Assembly (NCBI GenBank): GCA_964521105.1
Contig: CAZFPO010000001.1
Coordinates: 143-64,142, forward strand
Origin: an uncultured Lentimicrobiaceae bacterium
Lineage (GTDB): Bacteria > Bacteroidota > Bacteroidia > Bacteroidales > WCHB1-69
Reading direction: 5' to 3'
DNA length: 64,000 nt
In this document: one piece after another, positions 49,921 through 59,126 of the stretch
Layout of the letters: each line of letters opens with the position of its first letter
Position numbering within the stretch: the first letter of the stretch is position 1
Translations under genes and position numbers: made by a program
The notes under the pieces: model-generated
The model's input: the letters and a program-made list of their open reading frames with translations, nothing else
Databases searched by the model: none
What the model was told of the DNA's origin: nothing

Positions 49921-51501
49921 TTATATCAGTTTTCTTCGATTTTCGCGTGGAAAATCAATGTTGAAATGCAATCCACGGCTCTCTTTTCGAGCTGTGGCTT
50001 GTTTGATTATTAGATATCCGATTTTTATAAGGTTTCGGAGTTCGCAAATTTCCTGAGTAACAATTGATTTGATGTATAAATCTTCAGTTTCTCGATAAAT
50101 TATTTCTAATCGGTCTAATGCTCTTTGCAAACGTAAATTTGAACGAACGATGCCAACGTAATTACTCATAATGTTTTGAAGTTCTTTTTTAGTTTGAGTA
50201 ATTAATATCATCTCTTCATTTAAAGCGGTTCCTTCGTCGTTCCAATCGGGAATTTCCTGGTTGTGTTTAAGTTTATTTTTACTTTGTATTGTTTTAACTG
50301 CTGCTCGATGCGAGAACACGAGCGATTCGAGTAAAGAATTTGATGCCAATCGGTTTGCGCCATGTAAACCAGTTGACGCACATTCGCCCGATGCGTACAG
50401 GTTCCATATGCTTGTTTGTCCCCATTCGTTGGTTTCAATGCCACCACATAAATAATGTGCTGCTGGAACAACAGGAATTAAATCCTTTGTAATATTTATT
50501 CCAATTTGTAAGCATTTAGCATAAATGTTTGGGAAGTGCAACAAAAGAATATCTTGTTTAATTTTTCGTGCATCCAAATAAACATGATCCTCTCCACTAA
50601 TTTTCATTTCGTTATCAATAGCTCTTGCTACAATGTCTCTTGGAGCTAACGAACCTCTTTCGTCATATTTGTGCATAAATTCCTGCCCACGAAAGTCTTT
50701 TAATATTGCACCTGCTCCGCGAAGGGCTTCGGTAATTAAAAAAGAGGGTTTTTCGTGTGGATTATAAAGTGCTGTGGGGTGGAATTGAACAAATTCCATT
50801 CCTCGTACCCTACCTTTGGCTCGTGTTACCATTGCAATACCATCGCCGGTTGAAACTTTTGGATTTGTAGTGTTGTTGTAAACATGCCCCGCACCACCTG
50901 TTGCCAACATGGTAACTTTTGATAAAATGGTGTCTATTTTTTTTGTGTTAAAATTTAGAGCATAAGCACCAAAACATTCAATGTTTTTTGAGCGTCTAGT
51001 GATTATTTCTCCTAAATGGTGTTGTGTAATTATTTCAATTGCAAAATAATTTTCCAATATTTTTATGTTGGGATGTTGTTTAGCAGCTAAGTAAAGTTTG
51101 TCCTGAATTTCAAGTCCAGTAGCATCTTTATGATGTAGTACTCTGAATTCGGAATGTCCACCTTCTTTTGCTAAATCGTATCTACCCGAGGATGTTTTGT
51201 CAAAATCTACTCCCCATTCAATAAGTTCTTTTACACGTTCGGTTGATTCTGAAATAGTTATATTGACGATATTAGGGTCGGATAAATCATCACCAGCAAC
51301 CATTGTGTCGTGAATGTGTTTGTCGTACGAATCTGGATCGTACATTACGGCAGCAATACCTCCTTGAGCATATCTGGTGGATGTTTCCTCCGCAGCATCT
51401 TTGGTGATTAAAATTACCTTACAATCTGAAGCTACTTTTAATGCATAGCTTAATCCAGCTATGCCTGAGCCAATAACAAGAACATCTGTAGTTAGTCGCA
51501 T
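49921..51501 (-). CDS. nadB: L-aspartate oxidase
   Basis: 526 aa with an FAD-binding N-terminus DVLVIGSGIAGLS and succinate dehydrogenase/fumarate reductase flavoprotein-like motifs (RYAQGGIAA, HPTAL, GLHGANRLASNSLLE). Confidence 0.92.
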   Translation of the reverse strand: MRLTTDVLVIGSGIAGLSYALKVASDCKVILITKDAAEETSTRYAQGGIAAVMYDPDSYDKHIHDTMVAGDDLSDPNIVNITISESTERVKELIEWGVDFDKTSSGRYDLAKEGGHSEFRVLHHKDATGLEIQDKLYLAAKQHPNIKILENYFAIEIITQHHLGEIITRRSKNIECFGAYALNFNTKKIDTILSKVTMLATGGAGHVYNNTTNPKVSTGDGIAMVTRAKGRVRGMEFVQFHPTALYNPHEKPSFLITEALRGAGAILKDFRGQEFMHKYDERGSLAPRDIVARAIDNEMKISGEDHVYLDARKIKQDILLLHFPNIYAKCLQIGINITKDLIPVVPAAHYLCGGIETNEWGQTSIWNLYASGECASTGLHGANRLASNSLLESLVFSHRAAVKTIQSKNKLKHNQEIPDWNDEGTALNEEMILITQTKKELQNIMSNYVGIVRSNLRLQRALDRLEIIYRETEDLYIKSIVTQEICELRNLIKIGYLIIKQATARKESRGLHFNIDFPRENRRKLI

Positions 51502-51507
51502 GATTTT

Positions 51508-52719
51508 TTATATATCAAGTAATTTTTTTATAGGATCTTCATTATTAAAAAGCATTGATAATGGATTTTCAATTAGTTCCTTTATCATTTTTAAAAAACC
51601 AACCGATTCTCTTCCGTCAATGATACGGTGGTCGTACGACAGAGCAATATACATCATTGGACGAATAACTACTTGTCCGTTGAGTGCTATGGGTCGGTCG
51701 ATAATGTTGTGCATTCCTAAAATGGCACTTTGAGGTGGGTTGATTATTGGAGTAGACATTAATGAACCAAACACACCGCCATTGGTGATGGTAAAAGTTC
51801 CTCCACTCATTTCGTCAATGCTAAGTTTATTTTCACGGGCTTTTTTTGCCAAGCTTTTAATTTCTTGTTCAATCTCGGCAATGTTTTTTAGCTGGGTGTC
51901 TCTAACAACTGGAACAACAAGTCCTTTGGGAGCACTAACGGCAATGCTGATATCGCAGTAGTTAAATTGCAATATTTCGTCACCTTCAATTTGAGAATTT
52001 ACCTGTGGGAAATTTTCTAACGCGATGGAAGCCGCTTTGGTAAAAAACGACATTAAGCCAAATCCGAATCCGTTTTTTGCTTTAAATTCTTCATTGTATT
52101 TTTCTTTTATTTCTAAAACAGCACTCATATCTGCTTCGTTAAAGGTTGTAAGCATGGCTGTTTCGTTTTTTACCGAAACTAATCGTTCGGAAAGTTTTAG
52201 TCGTAATGGCGACATTTTCTTTTTCTCTACTTCGCGATTTTTTTCATCTGATTTTGGGAGCAAAGAGTTTTTTGAATACGTGTATACATCTCGTGAATCA
52301 ATTTTTTTTCCTAAAACAAAATCTTCAACGTCTGATGCTTTAAGATTTTCAACTTCCATGATTCTTTTAGCAAGAGGAGTAAATTTTGATAGTGTATTTA
52401 TTGTATTTGGTTCGATATTTTGCGTTAATGGCTCAATGCTTGAATTTTCGTTTGTTTGAAGGGTAGGAGTGGATGGGCGAATTTCAGTTTCTTCAATTCG
52501 AGCTAAAATAGCACCAACCTGTGCAGTTTCGCCTTCTGCAATTTCGATGTGAATAATGCCTGATACTTCGGAACTAACCACTAAGGTGGCTTTATCTGAA
52601 TCAATTTCGGCAATATCTGTGTTTTTATCAATATATTGTTTGTCTTCCACAAGCCATTTTGATACGATTACTTGGTTTATTGATTCCCCTGGACTCGGTA
52701 CGGTAACTTCTCGAAACAT
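51508..52719 (-). CDS. sucB: Dihydrolipoyllysine-residue succinyltransferase (E2 of 2-oxoglutarate dehydrogenase)
   Basis: One lipoyl domain ([11 protein letters not shown]), an E3-binding-like segment (TPLAKRIM...) and a catalytic domain with [18 protein letters not shown]. Confidence 0.88.
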   Translation of the reverse strand: MFREVTVPSPGESINQVIVSKWLVEDKQYIDKNTDIAEIDSDKATLVVSSEVSGIIHIEIAEGETAQVGAILARIEETEIRPSTPTLQTNENSSIEPLTQNIEPNTINTLSKFTPLAKRIMEVENLKASDVEDFVLGKKIDSRDVYTYSKNSLLPKSDEKNREVEKKKMSPLRLKLSERLVSVKNETAMLTTFNEADMSAVLEIKEKYNEEFKAKNGFGFGLMSFFTKAASIALENFPQVNSQIEGDEILQFNYCDISIAVSAPKGLVVPVVRDTQLKNIAEIEQEIKSLAKKARENKLSIDEMSGGTFTITNGGVFGSLMSTPIINPPQSAILGMHNIIDRPIALNGQVVIRPMMYIALSYDHRIIDGRESVGFLKMIKELIENPLSMLFNNEDPIKKLLDI

Positions 52720-53011
52720 AAAATAAATTTAAAGATTTTGACCTATTAACCTGCTATAATAATATTTGTTCAAAAATGAATATTCTAATTTTTTTATACC
52801 CCTTATTATTGTTATTTGTTTCGGATTTTTTGTTTTTTCGAGACAAAATTTATAATTATTTTTGGCATAAAATTTGTAAAAAGAGTTGTTTCCTTTTCGT
52901 AATTTATTGTAAATAATTAAAATTCAATGCGATAAATTAATTTTAATTATTTTCTCTTTTTATTTAATTTTGGCTTGATATTTGCTGTAATTGTGGCACT
53001 TTAAAAAAAAT

Positions 53012-53203
53012 ATGCTAAAACTTATTCTAATTACTGCTTCAATACTTGCCATTGCAATTTTCGGAATTGCAATAAAAATGTTTTTAAAAAAAGATGGACA
53101 GTTCACAAAATCTTGTAGTTCGGTCGATCCTAAAAGCGGAAAAAATGTGGCATGTACCTGCCACGATAACGAAGGTGCAAAATGTGATAACGAAAATCAG
53201 TAA
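53012..53203 (+). CDS. Small single-TM protein with a Cys-rich C-terminal tail (possible NqrM-like maturation factor)
   Basis: MLKLILITASILAIAIFGIAIKMFLKK, then ...KSCSS...VACTCHDNEGAKCDNE. The layout resembles NqrM (DUF539), and the gene is convergent with apbE. The assignment is speculative. Confidence 0.4.
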   Translation: MLKLILITASILAIAIFGIAIKMFLKKDGQFTKSCSSVDPKSGKNVACTCHDNEGAKCDNENQ

Positions 53204-53218
53204 TATGTTTTATATAGT

Positions 53219-54229
53219 TTAGTTAGTTTCCACAACAATTTTTGCTAATTCATCCGTAGCAAAACTCTTTAAAGTGCCTGTTTCATCTGAGAAAATGAAA
53301 TAGGCACTTAAGTTTTTATCCGGATGGGTTTTAATAAATTCAATTGCTTTATCTTTCCCAATTACCATAAAAGCAGTGGCGTAAGCATCGGCAATGCCTG
53401 CCGTTTTTGCCACTACTGTTACGCTTAATAAATTGTGAGTTACTGGTTTGGCAGTCTTAGGGTCGATGGTGTGAGAAATCTTTACGCCATCTTTAATGTA
53501 ATATTTTCGGTAATTTCCCGATGTGGCAATCGCTTTGTCGGTGATTTGAATCGTAGAAAATAATTTTCGTTCGTCCATCTGATTTTCACTCGGTTTTTCA
53601 ATGCCAACTTTCCATAACTCTTTATTTGGTTTTGTGCCTTTGGCTAAAACTTCGCCTCCAACATCTATTAAGTAATTTTCGATGCCCTTGCTGTCAAAAA
53701 ATCTACCGATGATATCAACTGAAAATCCTTGAGCAACTGCATTATAATTTAATATCATCTCGCGACTATCTTTTATCACTTTATTGTTTTCAATACGAAC
53801 TTTTTTATAACCACAAATTGATTTCAAATACTCGAGTTTCGATTCGGGTAATGAATCTTGTTTGGTTGAACCAAAACCCCATGCGTTTATGATTGGTCCA
53901 ATGGTAACATCAAAAGCTCCATCGGTTGAAGCACTTACCTCTTCGGATAAATTAAAAAGTTCCACAAACATTTTGTTTACTTCCACGTCTTCGTTGCGGT
54001 TTATTTTAGAAACCATTGAGTTTTCAACATAAACAGAAGCTACTAAGTCAAATGCATTTAATATGGAATCAACTTCTTTTTGTAAATTTCTATTTTCAGA
54101 ATCAAAATAGGTGATGCTGTAATAAGTTCCTTGTGCTTCTCCCTCAAACTTAATGGGTTTTAAGTCGGCTTGTCTTTTACAAGAAAATAAAACTAAAACT
54201 AGTGAGCTGATAACTATAATTTGTTTCAT
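53219..54229 (-). CDS. apbE: FAD:protein FMN transferase (ApbE family lipoprotein)
   Basis: Lipoprotein signal (VLFSC) and ApbE motifs (...AIATSGNYRKYY...SHTIDPKTAKP...ADAYATAF). Confidence 0.9.
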   Translation of the reverse strand: MKQIIVISSLVLVLFSCKRQADLKPIKFEGEAQGTYYSITYFDSENRNLQKEVDSILNAFDLVASVYVENSMVSKINRNEDVEVNKMFVELFNLSEEVSASTDGAFDVTIGPIINAWGFGSTKQDSLPESKLEYLKSICGYKKVRIENNKVIKDSREMILNYNAVAQGFSVDIIGRFFDSKGIENYLIDVGGEVLAKGTKPNKELWKVGIEKPSENQMDERKLFSTIQITDKAIATSGNYRKYYIKDGVKISHTIDPKTAKPVTHNLLSVTVVAKTAGIADAYATAFMVIGKDKAIEFIKTHPDKNLSAYFIFSDETGTLKSFATDELAKIVVETN

Positions 54230-54307
54230 GATGATTTTTTTCGCAAAGTTACTATTTTACTTTTGCAAATAAACCTTATTTGAGAATTAGAGAAGAAATG
54301 AACTATT

Positions 54308-55246
54308 CTAAAAAATGCTTTTCCGTGAGTGACAGTATGGTATTCCTCCTTTTTTGTCGTAATATTGTTGATGGTATTTTTCTGCTAGCCAAAAGGTTCC
54401 CGCTATAGTTAGTTTTGTAGATACTTTATATTTTTTATCAACCAAAATTTGAATGATTGATTGTGCCACTGACTTTTGATTGTCGTTTAGGTAAAAAACT
54501 TCACTACGGTATTGTTCTCCAACATCTGGTCCTTGACGATTAACTTGTGTAAAATCGTGTATTTCAAAAAAGAGTTTTAATAAATTTTCGTACGATGTTT
54601 TATGGGTATCAAAAATCACACGAATAGCTTCGGCATGCCCCGTATTATTGTAACATACATCATGATAACTTGGATTTTGAGTTTTTCCTCCAATATAACC
54701 CACTTCAGTAGATAAAACTCCATTGGTACGTTGAAAATAATATTCTACTCCCCAAAAACAACCTCCTGCGAATATGGCTGTATCAAGTTTGGGTTCAACT
54801 TTTTTAGGTTCAAAATTCAACGAAATGGAGTTTACGCAATGACGAGTGTTTTTTTCGGTATATCCTTCGCCTTCAAATACATGACCTAAATGGGCACCAC
54901 AATTATTACAAACAATTTCTGTTCTACGACCATCTGCATCGAGTACTTTTTTTACTGCACCAGGAATTTCATCGTCGAATGAGGGCCAGCCACAATGTGA
55001 TTCAAATTTATCTTGCGATTTATAAAGTGGGGCATCACAGTTTTTACAAAGATAAATTCCCTCTTCGGTAGTATATAGGTATTTGCCCGAAAAAGGACGT
55101 TCGGTGCCTTTGTAAACAATAACATTTTCTTCGGCTGCGGTAAGTTGTTTTAATGGTTTCATAATGCTATTTGGTTGTTGTGAACAAGATGTACTTATTT
55201 GAGCTATCGTAAAATATAGAATAATACTGAATTTTAAAGTTCTCAT
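54308..55246 (-). CDS. Bifunctional methionine sulfoxide reductase, MsrB-MsrA fusion, with signal peptide
   Basis: N-terminal SelR/MsrB domain (CxxC...GWPSF...CxxCGAHLGHVF...RHCVNS) followed by MsrA (GGCFWGVE...). The internal Met at 55246 gives the signal peptide MRTLKFSIILYFTIAQISTSC. Confidence 0.9.
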   Translation of the reverse strand: MRTLKFSIILYFTIAQISTSCSQQPNSIMKPLKQLTAAEENVIVYKGTERPFSGKYLYTTEEGIYLCKNCDAPLYKSQDKFESHCGWPSFDDEIPGAVKKVLDADGRRTEIVCNNCGAHLGHVFEGEGYTEKNTRHCVNSISLNFEPKKVEPKLDTAIFAGGCFWGVEYYFQRTNGVLSTEVGYIGGKTQNPSYHDVCYNNTGHAEAIRVIFDTHKTSYENLLKLFFEIHDFTQVNRQGPDVGEQYRSEVFYLNDNQKSVAQSIIQILVDKKYKVSTKLTIAGTFWLAEKYHQQYYDKKGGIPYCHSRKSIF

Positions 55247-55425
55247 GACACAATTTTTATATCTAAACAAGTAAATTTGAGAAATGTTTATGGTTAGTCA
55301 ATATGCTAAATTGAATGATTTCTGATAATAAGCTCTGGTTTTATGATAATTAACGTTTTTTATTTAACAAATCGCCAAAAAGTAAACTGTTTTTTTTAAT
55401 TTTGCTTTTCATTATCTATTGATAA

Positions 55426-56403
55426 TTGAGTTTTTTTAATATAAACAGCAGATTTGTGAAGTTTAATCTCAAAAAATTCAATCGTGATTACTGGAATGCT
55501 TTTTTTGCAAAATTGCAGAATAAGTATCGGCTCGTGATTATGAATCAAGAGACTTTTGAAGAAAAGATATCGCTGTCGTTGACTAAAATCAATGTTTTTG
55601 TATTAATTACAACGCTATCTTTGTTATTAATTATTTTAACCACTCTAATTATCGCTTATACTCCATTAAGAGAATATATTCCTGGATACGCATCGGTTGA
55701 TTTAAAACGCGATGTATATAAATTGAAGATGAAAGCCGATTCATTATCAAACGATGCCAACCAAAAGGAAGTTTATTTAACTAATATCCGAAAGATTTTA
55801 AATGATGAGGTAATTGATGATGAATCGAACTATTCAAATTCTAATAATTCCGAAACACAAAAAGTAGATGTTGACCCCAAATCATTAAATCCATCGGCAC
55901 AAGATTCAATTTTTAGAAAAGAGGTGGAAAGCCAGATAAAATATTTTGGACAAACCATTAATCAAAAAACTGGAAATGGAATCTCTAAGTCTGTTGAGTC
56001 CAAAAAGTCAATTAAGGATTTGTTCTTTTTTACTCCCATTATAGGCTACATTTCCAATGTTTATAATCCCGCTCAAAATCATTTAGGAATTGATGTTGTT
56101 TCGGCACCTAATCAAGCTGTTAAGTCGGTTAAGGAGGGATATGTTATTTTATCGGAGTGGACGTTGAAAACAGGAAATATCATCGCTATTCAACATTCAA
56201 ATGATTTAATATCTGTGTATAAACATAATTCGGTATTGTTAAAAAAACAAGGAGATCATGTTCAGGCTGGTGAAGCAATAGCTATTGTTGGTAATACAGG
56301 TACATTAACTTCGGGAACCCATTTACATTTTGAATTATGGTATAATGGAATTCCGGTTGATCCTCGAGAGTATATTTCGTTTAAAAAATATACGTTAAAA
56401 TAA
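55426..56403 (+). CDS. M23 family metallopeptidase (membrane-anchored)
   Basis: N-terminal TM helix and a C-terminal LytM/M23 domain (HLGIDV...GNTGTLTSGTHLHFELW). The start is uncertain (TTG at 55426). Confidence 0.85.
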   Translation: MSFFNINSRFVKFNLKKFNRDYWNAFFAKLQNKYRLVIMNQETFEEKISLSLTKINVFVLITTLSLLLIILTTLIIAYTPLREYIPGYASVDLKRDVYKLKMKADSLSNDANQKEVYLTNIRKILNDEVIDDESNYSNSNNSETQKVDVDPKSLNPSAQDSIFRKEVESQIKYFGQTINQKTGNGISKSVESKKSIKDLFFFTPIIGYISNVYNPAQNHLGIDVVSAPNQAVKSVKEGYVILSEWTLKTGNIIAIQHSNDLISVYKHNSVLLKKQGDHVQAGEAIAIVGNTGTLTSGTHLHFELWYNGIPVDPREYISFKKYTLK

Positions 56404-56433
56404 AAAGCAAATAATCCTCAAACAAAAGTAGCA

Positions 56434-57591
56434 TTGAAAAAAATTGCAATATTAGGTTCAACAGGTTCAATTGGGATACAAACATTAGAGGTTGTTGATC
56501 AACACCCCGATAAATTTCAAATTGAAGTATTAACTGCAAATAAAAATTCTGCACTTTTAATTCAACAATCGCTCAAATACCAGCCGAATGCGGTTGTTAT
56601 TGCCGATGAATCAAAGTATGATGAGGTAAAATCTGCATTATCATTAACGGATATAAAGGTTTTTACAGGAGAATCCTCACTTGCTGATATTGTAAGCATG
56701 TCAACCATTGACATAGTGGTGATGGCTTTGGTCGGATATAGTGGATTAAAACCAACCTATAATGCCATATTTTCGAATAAACGAATTGCATTGGCAAACA
56801 AAGAAGTTTTGGTGGTAGGAGGTGAGCTGATTATGAATTTAATTGGAAAAACAAAATCTTCCATTTATCCAGTCGACTCCGAACATTCTGCAATTTTTCA
56901 ATGTTTAGTTGGCGAATCTTTTAATACAATTGATAAGTTCATTTTAACGGCATCGGGTGGACCATTTCGCACATTTTCATTACAGGAATTAAAAAATGTT
57001 ACGGTGCAACAAGCCCTAAAACATCCAAATTGGTCGATGGGAGCAAAGGTAACAATTGACTCGGCAAGCATGATGAATAAAGGACTTGAAGTAATAGAAG
57101 CTCATTGGTTGTTTGGTGTTCCAGTTGATAAAATTGAAGTATTATTACACCCCGAATCGGTAATTCATTCGATGGTACAATTTGTAGATGGTTCGGTAAA
57201 AGCACAAATGGGAGTTCCTGATATGAAACTTCCAATTCTCTATGCCATGAGTTATCCCGAACGCTTGTCGTTAATTGAAAAACGACTTGATTTATGTGCA
57301 TATTCTTCGCTGAATTTCGAAAAACCAGATTTTTCTAAATTTAGAAATCTCGAAATTGCTTACGAAGCAATACGTTTAGGAGGGGTTATTCCATGCGTAA
57401 TGAATGCAGCCAATGAAATTGCGGTGGAGGCGTTTTTACAAAATAAGATTAAATTTACCGATATTCCCGTTTTAATAGAACATTGCATTCAAGGATTTGT
57501 TAATATTAAAAATCCAAACATTGACGACTATTTTAATGTAGATAAAGAAATACGAATAAAAGCAAACGAACAAATAAACAAAATTTTATGA
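56434..57591 (+). CDS. dxr: 1-deoxy-D-xylulose-5-phosphate reductoisomerase
   Basis: (M)KKIAILGSTGSIG...LANKE...DSEHSAIFQ...HPNWSMG is canonical Dxr. The apparent start codon is TTG. Confidence 0.95.
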   Translation: MKKIAILGSTGSIGIQTLEVVDQHPDKFQIEVLTANKNSALLIQQSLKYQPNAVVIADESKYDEVKSALSLTDIKVFTGESSLADIVSMSTIDIVVMALVGYSGLKPTYNAIFSNKRIALANKEVLVVGGELIMNLIGKTKSSIYPVDSEHSAIFQCLVGESFNTIDKFILTASGGPFRTFSLQELKNVTVQQALKHPNWSMGAKVTIDSASMMNKGLEVIEAHWLFGVPVDKIEVLLHPESVIHSMVQFVDGSVKAQMGVPDMKLPILYAMSYPERLSLIEKRLDLCAYSSLNFEKPDFSKFRNLEIAYEAIRLGGVIPCVMNAANEIAVEAFLQNKIKFTDIPVLIEHCIQGFVNIKNPNIDDYFNVDKEIRIKANEQINKIL

Positions 57592-58904
57592 CAGGATTAA
57601 TTATGGCTGCCCAGCTCATATTGGGCTTATCGATTTTAGTATTATTGCACGAATTAGGACATTTTATTGCTGCCAAATCGTTTGGAATTAAGGTTGAAAA
57701 ATTTTATCTATTTTTCGATGCCTGGGGTTTTAAACTTTTTAAATTTACGTATAAAGGTACTGAATATGGAATAGGTTGGTTGCCTTTGGGTGGTTATGTG
57801 AAAATTTCGGGTATGATTGACGAATCGATGGATAAAGAAGCAATGAAATTACCGCCTCAACCATGGGAATTTCGCTCAAAACCAGCATGGCAACGTTTAA
57901 TTGTTATGATTGGTGGGGTAACTGTTAATTTAATTTTAGGTGTTATCCTTTTTACGATGATTATTTTAGTGTATGAAAAAGAATTTGTGCCAAATACTGC
58001 CATCACTAATGGTATTTATCCTTATGAAATTGGTGAACGTGCTGGATTTAAGCCGGGTGATAAAATATTACAAATTAATGGTAATGATGTGGTTAGATTT
58101 AAAGATGCCACATCGCTTTCACTTTTCTTCGGTTCGGAAATTATGGTTGAACGTAACGGGAAAAATGAAACAATAGTTATTGGTGATGATGGGTATGACG
58201 ATTTTAAATCTTCGGAAAACAAAATATTGTTTGAACCAAATTTTCAAAATTTCGTAATAGATAGTATTGTGCCTGGTAGACCAGCTGATAAAGCCGGTTT
58301 TAAAAAAGGCGACCGCATTCTTGCTGTAAATGATACTATTGATGTTCAAAAATGGCCAAAGTTTACATCAGTAATTGAAAAAAATAGAAATAAAGAGATT
58401 TCATTAAAATTTATTAGAAATTCAGTTGATACACAGTTGGTTACATTAGTTGTTGATAGTGCTGGCATTGGAGTTACTCGACTTTTACCCAATTTACCTA
58501 CCGAAAAATATAGCTTTGGTCAAGCTATTTATTATGGTTGGAAAGATGCAATGACGATGCTTAAAATGAACGTTGTTGGAATGGGTAAAATTTTTAAAGG
58601 TAAGGAAAAAGCCACTGAATCGCTTCAGGGTCCAATAGGTATAGCACAAATTTATGGTGGTGTTTGGAATTGGGGTAAATTTTGGTTTATAACTGGTTTA
58701 CTCTCGTTGATATTAGCTTTTATGAATATTTTACCTATCCCAGCATTAGATGGAGGGCACGTAATCTTTTTAATAATAGAAGTAATTACTGGTAAAAAGT
58801 TTTCGGATAAATTTATGGAAAGAGCTCAAATTGTCGGTATGGTTATTCTTCTTTCGTTAATGGCATTTGCCGTTGGTAATGATATTTTTAGATTGTTTAA
58901 ATAA
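57588..58904 (+). CDS. rseP: RIP metalloprotease RseP (site-2 protease, M50)
   Basis: HELGH motif in TM1, PDZ region and a C-terminal NILPIPALDGG motif. Overlaps dxr by 4 nt. Confidence 0.93.
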   Translation: MTGLIMAAQLILGLSILVLLHELGHFIAAKSFGIKVEKFYLFFDAWGFKLFKFTYKGTEYGIGWLPLGGYVKISGMIDESMDKEAMKLPPQPWEFRSKPAWQRLIVMIGGVTVNLILGVILFTMIILVYEKEFVPNTAITNGIYPYEIGERAGFKPGDKILQINGNDVVRFKDATSLSLFFGSEIMVERNGKNETIVIGDDGYDDFKSSENKILFEPNFQNFVIDSIVPGRPADKAGFKKGDRILAVNDTIDVQKWPKFTSVIEKNRNKEISLKFIRNSVDTQLVTLVVDSAGIGVTRLLPNLPTEKYSFGQAIYYGWKDAMTMLKMNVVGMGKIFKGKEKATESLQGPIGIAQIYGGVWNWGKFWFITGLLSLILAFMNILPIPALDGGHVIFLIIEVITGKKFSDKFMERAQIVGMVILLSLMAFAVGNDIFRLFK

Positions 58905-58977
58905 CCATTGTAAATATTTTGAATGATTATTTCCTTTATGCACGATAAAATTATTCCAAAATAGTAAAAATATTCAA

Positions 58978-59005
58978 GTGGGAGATTTACTTTCAAATCT
59001 CCCAC
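58978..59005 (+). terminator. Hairpin GTGGGAGATTT-ACTTTC-AAATCTCCCAC downstream of rseP
   Basis: Perfect 11-bp stem 74 nt after the rseP stop. No strong T-run follows, so terminator function is uncertain. Confidence 0.4.
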
Positions 59006-59126
59006 GAGGTTTCAAATCCACAATTTAGATTAAACTTTTATTAAAAAATGTTGTCAAAAAAAATCTAAAACCAACGCAAGTTTCAAATTAATATATTGTC
59101 TGAAGTTCTTGTTATATAAATTTTTT

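Noticed and set aside
52776-52919. 47-codon hydrophobic ORF in the sucB upstream region
   Set aside because: It has no homology, sits in AT-rich sequence where such ORFs arise by chance, and has no promoter or SD support.
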